This document shows positions 1 through 7,913 of a DNA stretch of 32,000 nt, piece after piece. Location of the stretch: the NCBI RefSeq assembly GCF_000020025.1, contig NC_010628.1:7770001-7802000 (forward strand), in the 5' to 3' direction. The position numbers and the translations under genes were made by a program. Source of the DNA: Nostoc punctiforme PCC 73102 (GTDB lineage: Bacteria > Cyanobacteriota > Cyanobacteriia > Cyanobacteriales > Nostocaceae). The number at the start of each line of letters is the position of its first letter. Within the stretch, counting starts at the first letter, position 1. Under the pieces are notes generated by a model, which saw nothing but the letters and a program-made list of their open reading frames with translations, ran no database searches and was not told the DNA's origin.

Positions 1-1303
1 ATGCTAAACAAAAAGAATGGATTCGCGATGATAGTTTCAATCCCTAATAGGGATTTTGATGAATTGCAATTCTCTATCTACAAAATCAATAGCTCCAGTG
101 ACAAGTTTCAATCCCTAATAGGGATTTTGATGAATTGCAATTTTTGGGATGCTAAACAAAAAGAATGGATTCGCGATGATAGTTTCAATCCCTAATAGGG
201 ATTTTGATGAATTGCAATTCTCTATCTACAAAATCAATAGCTCCAGTGACAAGTTTCAATCCCTAATAGGGATTTTGATGAATTGCAATATGGGTAACTA
301 ATCATTCAAAAGCCTACCCACTCGTTTCAATCCCTAATAGGGATTTTGATGAATTGCAATTAGATGATACGGAATCACCAACCGATTGGCTTGAGTTTCA
401 ATCCCTAATAGGGATTTTGATGAATTGCAATGTTTGAGCGACTCCAAACTGATGTTCGGATGAAGTTTCAATCCCTAATAGGGATTTTGATGAATTGCAA
501 TGTGGCGAATTGGAGAGCGATCGCTGGGATTGCCGTTTCAATCCCTAATAGGGATTTTGATGAATTGCAATTGGCTTTTTCAATTGCAGAGGCAACATCT
601 TCTTCTGTTTCAATCCCTAATAGGGATTTTGATGAATTGCAATTTATATTTCGCTTCCTGCGCTTGCGGAAAGTGTCTGTGTTTCAATCCCTAATAGGGA
701 TTTTGATGAATTGCAATAGTTTTCTCTCTCGTCTTGAGCGCGATTCTAAGCGTTTCAATCCCTAATAGGGATTTTGATGAATTGCAATGAGGATAATGTT
801 TTCTAGTGCTGCCCTTCCCAATGTTTCAATCCCTAATAGGGATTTTGATGAATTGCAATTTTTTCAGGAAGGCGAACAGTCTTTACAGGAAGAGTTTCAA
901 TCCCTAATAGGGATTTTGATGAATTGCAATGTGATTTTTGCTATTGTTAGTGCATCTATTATTTTTGTTTCAATCCCTAATAGGGATTTTGATGAATTGC
1001 AATTTTACTTTTGACCCTCCCTCCTTCTGTCCAGCGAGTTTCAATCCCTAATAGGGATTTTGATGAATTGCAATACCGGTACTTTTTTGCGTTTCACTCC
1101 TGCGGTTTTGTTTCAATCCCTAATAGGGATTTTGATGAATTGCAATGTATGCCAAATTTCGGCAAGTTGCGCCGCGAAAGCACATGCGGTTTTGTTTCAA
1201 TCCCTAATAGGGATTTTGATGAATTGCAATATGGGATTAGCTATGGGGCAACTAGCCAAAGCGCTCGTTTCAATCCCTAATAGGGATTTTGATGAATTGC
1301 AAT
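1..1303 (-). CRISPR. CRISPR array with 18 identical 37-nt repeats (plus strand GTTTCAATCCCTAATAGGGATTTTGATGAATTGCAAT). It has 17 complete spacers and one spacer cut by the window edge, so the array continues upstream of position 1.
   Basis: Repeats start at 34, 105, 182, 253, 324, 395, 465, 535, 607, 681, 752, 823, 894, 967, 1038, 1110, 1194 and 1267, and all are identical. Spacers are 33-37 nt except one of 40 nt and one of 47 nt. The strand is inferred: the reverse complement ATTGCAATTCATCAAAATCCCTATTAGGGATTGAAAC has a hairpin (AATCCC/GGGATT) followed by ATTGAAAC. That is the usual Cas6-type 8-nt handle at the repeat 3' end. The array call is near certain; the orientation is about 0.7. Confidence 0.95.
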
Positions 1304-1700
1304 TGCAGGAGCCTGGAACCCAAGCTATATTTAGTTTTCAAGGTGCGGTTGCGCGGTTCAAGAGTAATCATAGCATTAGAGAATTTGTTTGGAAAGAGTG
1401 CCGAGACAGATTGAAAGCTGAAATCCATCTTTAGCAAACATTTCAGAGATTGCGCGGATGAAAATAGGGTGATTGGTGAGGTGAAATGCTTGCTGGTGTT
1501 GAGATAGAAGTACTTTTTGGGGACTGTGAAATTTGTACACCTACCCTTCCGCGCATTTTACATACAGGAATCTAACTAAAAGGTGACTCAGCAAAGAAGA
1601 AATAGCTTAAAACCCTATAATACTGTTCGCCGCAATTCTGGAAAAACCTTAGACACCTTATTCAACACATAATCACCATAAGTTCCGCGAAAATCATGAA
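1304..1700 (-). promoter_or_regulatory. Putative CRISPR leader, if the array is transcribed right to left
   Basis: This is a non-coding stretch of about 400 nt between the last repeat (ends 1303) and the next gene (stop codon at 1733). Its placement follows only from the inferred repeat orientation. No promoter was mapped. Confidence 0.35.
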
Positions 1701-1732
1701 TGTTAGCGTTATCCCAGCGATCGCCTATATTA

Positions 1733-2638
1733 TCATTCGCTACTATAATTATCTAATTCAATCGGCTTCACTTCTACATCGAAATTGGGATCGAAAAAGA
1801 AGGGGAATGAAAGGCGGTGATTTTGGGACTGGTTTTGTACGCGATGAGGTGTAGAACGATAGAAACCTCCCGTCATTTTGTCTAGCATATCGCCGATGTT
1901 ACAGACAAAGGAACCTGGAACAGGAGGCGCAGCAACCCAACCTGATTTGGATTTAACTTGTAATCCGCCTGAGTCGTCCTGTTTGAGAATAGTTAAAACC
2001 CCATAATCAGTATGTTCGCCAACACCCCATATCGGATTACCATCTGACGGTGATAAATTAGGAGGATAGTTAAAGATGCGAAACAACACTAGAGGATCTG
2101 AAGTATAACGATCAGCAAAGTAGGATTCTTCTAATCCCAAACTCATGGCTATACCAGTCATGAGAGTGTGTCCCAACTTTGTCATCGCCTCTATATATTC
2201 AAGTACTGTTTCGCCAAATTGGGGCATGTTGGCGGGGAAGAGGTTTGCACCATGCATAGGAGTACCAGCTTGCACTAGTGGGTGTTCGTCTGGGAGTTCA
2301 GTGCCAAAGTAAATACCTTCTTTCAAGTCAGGTTTACCGGATGTCAGTTCGCCACCAACGGGAAAATAACCTCGCCATGCAATACCTGCCAAAGCCATAC
2401 GAATTTTAAGTTTAGTTTCCAAATCCTGGGCGAAAAACTGGCGGCTGAGTTCTTCGAGCCTCTGCTGCAAATTTTCGTCTACACCATGTCCGATAATATA
2501 GAAAAATCCCGATTCTCGACACGCTTGCCGAATCTGAGATGCGGCGGAATAGAGATTTCCTTTTCCAGAAACTAAGGCGCTAATATCAATAATCGGGAGG
2601 GATGAAAACTCTTTCTCCACAACTTGCAAGTTTTTCAT
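1733..2638 (-). CDS. 2-oxoglutarate/Fe(II)-dependent oxygenase (isopenicillin N synthase-like family)
   Basis: A 301-aa ORF with the facial triad H-x-D...H (GEHTDYGVLTIL ... STPHRV) and the R-x-S motif (HRLSFPFF). Confidence 0.85.
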   Translation of the reverse strand: MKNLQVVEKEFSSLPIIDISALVSGKGNLYSAASQIRQACRESGFFYIIGHGVDENLQQRLEELSRQFFAQDLETKLKIRMALAGIAWRGYFPVGGELTSGKPDLKEGIYFGTELPDEHPLVQAGTPMHGANLFPANMPQFGETVLEYIEAMTKLGHTLMTGIAMSLGLEESYFADRYTSDPLVLFRIFNYPPNLSPSDGNPIWGVGEHTDYGVLTILKQDDSGGLQVKSKSGWVAAPPVPGSFVCNIGDMLDKMTGGFYRSTPHRVQNQSQNHRLSFPFFFDPNFDVEVKPIELDNYSSE

Positions 2639-2640
2639 GT

Positions 2641-3162
2641 TCAGCTTGGCAATATATATTCTTGGTTCCAGACTATTTGCCTATTCACATCAGTAATCTT
2701 CAACAGATTTAGTTTTTCCACCATACAACAATAATCTAAATCTAACTGTTGTGCTTCTTCTAAAGCCTGTAAGTATTGAACCCGATTTTTAGAAAATACT
2801 CCTAGCGTTAGATGTGGAACAAAGGCTGTATTCTCTCTGCAATATTCAGCTAATATACCCGTATATAAATCATTGTGTAATTTTATCGCATTTTCTTTTC
2901 CTTCTTGAACTGTAAGGAACAGATATTCATCCCATGATTTTTGAAATCCCTGTAGATGAATAGGAAAGATTTTCCATGCACTCAGGATATTTTTAATATG
3001 AATAGTAAGACGATCTTCGCCGATAAATCCGAGTAGGGGGAAGATTAGGGTGATATGCGGTTCAATTAAATAAAATTGCGGATCATATTTTTGCCTAATT
3101 TTATTAATTTGCTGTGTGTTGATATTTGGATAATATACGAGTGCATAAGGCATACTTATCAA
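2641..3162 (-). CDS. 2H phosphoesterase superfamily protein (LigT / 2'-5' RNA ligase-like)
   Basis: A 173-aa ORF with two H-x-T-x motifs (EPHITLIF and VPHLTLGV) at the spacing typical of the 2H fold. Its stop codon lies 2 nt upstream of the oxygenase start, so the two are probably an operon. Confidence 0.7.
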   Translation of the reverse strand: MISMPYALVYYPNINTQQINKIRQKYDPQFYLIEPHITLIFPLLGFIGEDRLTIHIKNILSAWKIFPIHLQGFQKSWDEYLFLTVQEGKENAIKLHNDLYTGILAEYCRENTAFVPHLTLGVFSKNRVQYLQALEEAQQLDLDYCCMVEKLNLLKITDVNRQIVWNQEYILPS

Positions 3163-3220
3163 TACTTTATAAATTTAGGATAGCTGGATTATTCAAGAAG
3201 ATTAATTGTGAGGCTAAAAA

Positions 3221-3805
3221 ATGGGTGCAGCAAAATTAACAGAAAGATTTGAAGCGGCGTTAGTCTATGCTAATCGTCTCCACGCTAACCAGACTCGTAA
3301 GGTTAGCGGTATTCCTTATATTTCCCATTTGTTGAATGTGACGGCGCTGGTATTGGAAATGGGTGGGAGTGAAGAGGAAGCGTAGGCGTAGCTCGCCGCA
3401 GGCATCGCAGCTTTATTACACGATAGTATAGAAGACCAAGGTGGTAAACCCATTCGTGAGGACATCCGCCAACGTTTCGGCGAAACAGTTGTGGCAATTA
3501 TCGATGGCTGTACAGAGTGGGATACACCACCGAAACCACCTTGGCAAGAGCGTAAGAATAGATACATAGAAAAGCTCCGTCACGCTTCGCCCTCAGTTCG
3601 GCGAGTTTCGCTGGCTGATAAACTACATAATGCTAGGTCTTTGCTGGCAGATTGGCGACAAACGGGAGATGTTATTTGGACTGAATTTAGCAGTGGTAAG
3701 GAAAAAACTTTGTGGTTTTACCAATTATTGGTGCAAGTATATCGGGAAACAGGTTCAGATGTGATGATAGAAGAGTTGGAACGAGTTATCAGCCAACTAT
3801 CGTGA
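3221..3805 (+). pseudogene. SpoT/Mesh1-like HD-domain (p)ppGpp hydrolase-type gene interrupted by two in-frame TAG codons
   Basis: Reading from the ATG at 3221 gives MGAAKLTERFEAALVYANRLHANQTRKVSGIPYISHLLNVTALVLEMGGSEEEA*A*LAAGIAALLHDSIEDQGG... This is in the same frame as the listed ORF 3491-3805. The stops are at 3383-3385 and 3389-3391, inside a 30-nt GC-rich element. Without roughly 21 nt of it, the expected ...EEAIAALLHD... HD motif is restored. Confidence 0.75.
3380..3409. repeat. Small dispersed repeat, copy A (GCGTAGGCGTAGCTCGCCGCAGGCATCGCA), inserted in the HD gene
   Basis: It matches copy B at 12625-12654 at 27 of 30 positions. It is GC-rich in an AT-rich genome. Confidence 0.8.
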
Positions 3806-3917
3806 AAAAGAACAGTGGTATAGTTTAATTACTTAAAAAACGCGGTATCTCTCTTATCTCATGTCCTAATACAGTTCAGTTAAGGCTAAAATTTTTTATC
3901 AAAATCCATGTTTTAAC

Positions 3918-3952
3918 GAACCGCAGAGGCGCAGAGCAAACAGAGAAAGGAG
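3918..3952 (+). repeat. Dispersed intergenic repeat (GAACCGCAGAGGCGCAGAGCAAACAGAGAAAGGAG)
   Basis: Its first 16 nt are identical to the reverse complement of 13987-14002. Similarity continues through the rest of the element. Confidence 0.7.
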
Positions 3953-4068
3953 AAAAAATATAACAAGCCACTGCATTAACAATGCAGGGTATTGTCAAAT
4001 GAAATTCGCTACGAATTAATGAAATACTTGACTAAGTAAAGCTTTAGGCAAAGTAAAAACTAATGGGA

Positions 4069-5559
4069 TTAAAATCGCTGACCTGTAGTAACTTCAAATC
4101 TAACTTCTCCTTGGTCGCTAATTCCTAAGTCGCCTCGAATTAGCCCAAAGGGTGAGTTCAAGCGCAATCCTAAGCCGTAACCAAAGCCACTTCCAGGTTT
4201 GTCTCGCAAGACTCCTGGTTCTCCTAACACGGTTTCGCTAGACCCGAAATCTGAGGCGAGGTCAGTAAAGACAACTCCACCTATTGACTGGAAAATTGGG
4301 AAACGATATTCCACAGAAGCTAAACCATAACTCCGACCACTGGCAACTTTACCATAACCGTAACCTCTGACAGAATCTATTCCACCAATATTAAAAGCAT
4401 CGGCTGGTGGAAAGTCTCCAATAGTTGTACCAATTTGTAAATTAATAGCCAACATTTCTGGATTGTTGGTTGGTCTACCATTACCTATCCAATTGACAGG
4501 GAAATACTGAATATAGTCTCCCCGTAAGCGGTTGCTGGAAATATTCCCCAGTCCAATGGGAATCGCTTGTTCTGTGCTGAAGGTGAGGATTGAGCCTTGA
4601 GTTGGATTGTCTCGGCGATCGCGTTGATCTCTAGATACGGCAAATGATACTGTAAATAAGTCATCAATTCCAGTACCACTCACAGATAGAGGACTCCCTA
4701 ATCTATCGACCTGGACAACGTTATATTCTCGATCGCGTAGGCTAATTCTGGTATAGTTGAGAGCCACAGATGTATCCCACTCATCAAAAGCTCGTAAAAG
4801 CGCCACAGAACCACCAAACCTTCCTTCTCGCACTTTGTCACCGTTAGCCAATCTGATATCTTCGTTGAAGGTTCCCGATGTATTTCGATTACGAAAACCT
4901 CTAATGCTATAGCCTAAGCGGTTTGGTTCTTCTGAACGATAACGACTAGTAAATTGACCATCAAATTGGACATCTTTAGTGCTGAACTGCAAAATTGTAT
5001 CTAATTTATCGTTCAGACCGCTAACATTTTCATCTTTATAACCCACCCGACCATATAGCCCAACGTCATCGTTATTACCGCCTCCTAAGATGAGAGAAGG
5101 GAAGCTACGCTCTTTGATTGCATAAATGAGATTAACACTGGAAGCATCTTCTTTAGGATAAACATTGACTTGATTAAATGACTCTAATCTCCTCAATCGT
5201 TGCAAGTCTGCTTGAAGTAAATCTTCACGGAATACTTGACCTGGTTTGAGTCTCAGCAAACCAATGATAAAATCTTTTTGAGTTCGCCCTTTGATTGGCA
5301 GACCTTTGTCATTAATAAAACGAATCTGGATATCTTTGACAATTTTTTGGGAAATTTCCAGCGTCTGGCTATCTCCTAAACTAACTCCAATATAATCACC
5401 ATATTTGGCATACTCTCCCTCTATATGGATCGTAGCTTCTGGTGTCACAATCCCACTAGCCCCATCTTGAGTAGATGGTTGCGAGTCTGCAAGGGCCTCT
5501 GGATTTTTACCACCCACTAACATTACTGCGATCGCAACTACAGTTATTTGAACTCGCAT
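4069..5559 (-). CDS. Omp85/BamA-TamA family outer-membrane beta-barrel protein with a POTRA domain
   Basis: A 496-aa ORF with an N-terminal signal-like segment (MRVQITVVAIAVMLVGG...ALA). It has a POTRA-like stretch (GRTQKDFIIGLLRLKPGQVFREDLLQADLQRL). The rest is Gly/aromatic-rich with alternating beta-strand character and ends in ...TTGQRF (C-terminal Phe). Confidence 0.7.
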   Translation of the reverse strand: MRVQITVVAIAVMLVGGKNPEALADSQPSTQDGASGIVTPEATIHIEGEYAKYGDYIGVSLGDSQTLEISQKIVKDIQIRFINDKGLPIKGRTQKDFIIGLLRLKPGQVFREDLLQADLQRLRRLESFNQVNVYPKEDASSVNLIYAIKERSFPSLILGGGNNDDVGLYGRVGYKDENVSGLNDKLDTILQFSTKDVQFDGQFTSRYRSEEPNRLGYSIRGFRNRNTSGTFNEDIRLANGDKVREGRFGGSVALLRAFDEWDTSVALNYTRISLRDREYNVVQVDRLGSPLSVSGTGIDDLFTVSFAVSRDQRDRRDNPTQGSILTFSTEQAIPIGLGNISSNRLRGDYIQYFPVNWIGNGRPTNNPEMLAINLQIGTTIGDFPPADAFNIGGIDSVRGYGYGKVASGRSYGLASVEYRFPIFQSIGGVVFTDLASDFGSSETVLGEPGVLRDKPGSGFGYGLGLRLNSPFGLIRGDLGISDQGEVRFEVTTGQRF

Positions 5560-5707
5560 ATTGAAAATCCGTTAGTGTTATTAAGTTTACAGCATAGAGC
5601 GGATCTCTTGTGCGTAAGTTCTATATTAACCTTGCTATTGAGTATCCCAAAATTTTGTTGCTTGTTTCCCCAGTACTCAGTATAAGTTGTCAGACTGTTT
5701 TCAAATT

Positions 5708-5752
5708 GCGATGACCTCCGGTCGGTCGGAGACCATCGCCTCCGGCGGGCGG
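5708..5752. repeat. GC-rich mini-element with an imperfect hairpin (GCGATGACCTCCGGTCGGTCGGAGACCATCGCCTCCGGCGGGCGG)
   Basis: It is intergenic. It shares the 13-mer CGCCTCCGGCGGG with the in-frame insert at 10194-10206. Confidence 0.45.
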
Positions 5753-6029
5753 TTACACCATCACCCAATGCCACAAGAGGGTACAGTCTGAATACGGTTC
5801 GGTTAAAGGAGAAAAGTTTTGAATACATCCTTTACCCCTTACCCCTTCCCCAGACCACAAGGAAAGTAAAAAATGCTTATCCAAACCGTATTGGCCACAG
5901 TCTGGGAAATAAAACCTCTTTCCGAAAACTATGGCGGAGAAATACTCAGGTTTTAAGCTCGTGTTTGGCTTTTTTGTAGATAATTAGAGTGGGTAATTAT
6001 ATGGTAAATCCACCTCAACATAAAAAGCC

Positions 6030-6497
6030 ATGAGACAAAAACCTAAACAACAAATGCGTATATGGGCGGTGTTGTGTCATTTCTCGGCTTTGTTGGGATG
6101 GATATTATTGTTTTTTTTAGTATTTATTGGCATTCCTTTATATTTACCTTTAAATCTTTTAGCTCCCCTGATCATTTGGCACTTTAAAAAATCACAATAT
6201 CCTTGGATTGATTTCCAAGGTAAAGAATCTTTAAATTTTCAATTTTCTTTAACATTATATACTTTGATTGTCATAGCAATATCTTTACTTTTTTTGTTAA
6301 CTAGCTTTGGTCTGGTGATGATTAATAATGGTTCGTCCAATGAAATAAAAAATATTTTAGACGGCTTGTTAATTGTACTGATGTCCTTAATTTTATTCAA
6401 ACTCATATTACAATCGTTTGTAGTGACTTTTGCATCTGTAAAAGCTTACAAGGGTGAGTATTATCGTTACCCTTTTACAATTAGAGTTTTGCGATAA
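6030..6497 (+). CDS. Small integral membrane protein, DUF4870-like
   Basis: A 155-aa ORF with several hydrophobic segments. The pattern WAVLCHFSALLGW...IIWHFKKSQYPWIDFQGKESLNFQFSLTLY resembles DUF4870 proteins. That recognition is from memory only. Confidence 0.55.
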   Translation: MRQKPKQQMRIWAVLCHFSALLGWILLFFLVFIGIPLYLPLNLLAPLIIWHFKKSQYPWIDFQGKESLNFQFSLTLYTLIVIAISLLFLLTSFGLVMINNGSSNEIKNILDGLLIVLMSLILFKLILQSFVVTFASVKAYKGEYYRYPFTIRVLR

Positions 6498-6551
6498 TTG
6501 TAAAATTTATTACAAACAATAAAAATCACATACAATATAGGGAAAAATTAT

Positions 6552-7649
6552 ATGATTGGAATTGCGATCGCAGGCACTGGATTTGGTCAAAAAGTCCACA
6601 TCCCTGGATTCCAAGCACATCCTCAAACTGAGGTAGTTGCTGTCTATCATCGAGATATAAATAAAGCCAAAGCCATAGCAGAATCCCATAATATTCCACA
6701 CGCCTCTGATTCTCTGGCTGATATTGTGGCGTTACCAGAAGTGCAAGCAGTCAGTATCTCTACGCCGCCATTTTTGCACTATGAAATGGCAAAAACTGTA
6801 CTACAAGCTGGGAAACATTTATTACTAGAAAAACCGACAACTTTAAATGCAGTCGAAGCTAAAGAACTTTATCAATTAGCGAAAGCAAAAGGTGTAATTG
6901 CGACTGTAGATTTTGAATTTCGTTTTGTACCAGCATGGCAGTTATTTGCTGAATTACTATCAGAAGATTATGTGGGTGAGTTGCGCCTAATCAAAATTGA
7001 TTGGTTAGGTTCTTCTCGTGCTGATATTTCACGCCCTTGGAATTGGTATTCTGACAAAGACAAAGGAGGTGGTGCATTAGGATCTTTAGGTTCCCACGCC
7101 TTCGATTACATTCACTGGTTATTCGGGCCAGTCCAGAGATTAAACGCCCATTTAAGTACTGCGATTCCTGCAAGAGTTGACCCTGTTAGTGGAGAATCTA
7201 AGCTAGTAAATACAGATGACAACTGTATATTAACCCTGGAATTAGCGAATGGTACACCTTGCCAACTCTCTATCAGCGCGGTTGTTCATGCAGCAAGAAC
7301 TCATTGGGTAGAAGTATATGGCGATCGCGGTACATTAATTGTAGGCAGTGAAAATCAAAAAGATTATATACACGGCTTTCGTGTTTGGGGTTCCCAGCCA
7401 GGTAAACCTCTAACGGAAATAGAAATACCAAATCGGTTAATTTTTCCCAAAAATTATGCTGATGGGCGGATTTCGGCATTTATCCGTGTAGTAGACCAAT
7501 GGGTGCAGGGAATTGAACGCAATCAGGAAATTACACCATCACTGCGGGAAGGAATTTATTCTCAGTTGTTGATGGATTTATCCCATGAATCTCATACAAA
7601 AGCAAGTTGGGTAGATGTACCTAGCTTGGAAAGATTTCTTAGCAACTAG
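6552..7649 (+). CDS. Gfo/Idh/MocA family NAD(P)-dependent oxidoreductase
   Basis: A 365-aa ORF with an N-terminal Rossmann motif (IGIAIAGTGFGQKVHIPGF) and an EKP motif (HLLLEKPTTL). Confidence 0.85.
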   Translation: MIGIAIAGTGFGQKVHIPGFQAHPQTEVVAVYHRDINKAKAIAESHNIPHASDSLADIVALPEVQAVSISTPPFLHYEMAKTVLQAGKHLLLEKPTTLNAVEAKELYQLAKAKGVIATVDFEFRFVPAWQLFAELLSEDYVGELRLIKIDWLGSSRADISRPWNWYSDKDKGGGALGSLGSHAFDYIHWLFGPVQRLNAHLSTAIPARVDPVSGESKLVNTDDNCILTLELANGTPCQLSISAVVHAARTHWVEVYGDRGTLIVGSENQKDYIHGFRVWGSQPGKPLTEIEIPNRLIFPKNYADGRISAFIRVVDQWVQGIERNQEITPSLREGIYSQLLMDLSHESHTKASWVDVPSLERFLSN

Positions 7650-7656
7650 AGAGAAA

Positions 7657-7902
7657 ATGAGCAAAACTCCCCGTATTCGTATCCCGCCGGAAGTCAAGAA
7701 ATATGTTTTTGAACGTGACAAATATCAATGCCAAAGCTGCGGTAAAACTACTACAGAAACTCACATCAGTATTGACCATATCATTCCCCTCGCCCGTGGT
7801 GGTCAAAACGATATCAGCAATTTACAAACTCTCTGCCTTACCTGCAATCAGCAGAAAACAGACAATATTGATCCCCGCTTCCGGCGATATTTTCAGCTTT
7901 AG
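7657..7902 (+). CDS. Stand-alone HNH endonuclease (81 aa)
   Basis: Motifs CQSCG...HISIDHIIPLARGGQNDISNLQTLCLTCNQQK. The ATG at 7657 was chosen because the listed ORF start at 7615 overlaps the upstream gene. Confidence 0.8.
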   Translation: MSKTPRIRIPPEVKKYVFERDKYQCQSCGKTTTETHISIDHIIPLARGGQNDISNLQTLCLTCNQQKTDNIDPRFRRYFQL

Positions 7903-7913
7903 GCTATAATCGT

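Noticed and set aside
1334-1370. Possible degenerate terminal CRISPR repeat (GTTTTCAAGGTGCGGTTGCGCGGTTCAAGAGTAATCA), 30 nt after the last perfect repeat
   Set aside because: Only the first ~8 nt and scattered positions match the repeat, and the hairpin core CCCTAATAGGG is absent. The similarity is too weak to call. If it were real, it would argue for the opposite array orientation, so I flag it rather than use it.
1-1434. Seven listed ORFs (1-195, 430-765, 500-694, 787-1014, 1011-1280, 1060-1434 and others) with recurring peptides such as VSIPNRDFDELQ and FQSLIGILMNCN
   Set aside because: They are translations of the CRISPR repeat in different frames. The periodic identical peptides are an artefact of the array, not genes.
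3303-3567. Minus-strand ORFs 3303-3497 and 3316-3567
   Set aside because: They are antisense to the HD-domain reading frame, which has clear family motifs, and they are partly created by the GC-rich repeat insertion.
5544-5828. ORF of 94 aa upstream of the Omp85 gene
   Set aside because: It overlaps the Omp85 start, spans the GC-rich mini-element (which gives the Arg-rich stretch TARRRRWSPTDRRS), and has no motif or RBS support.
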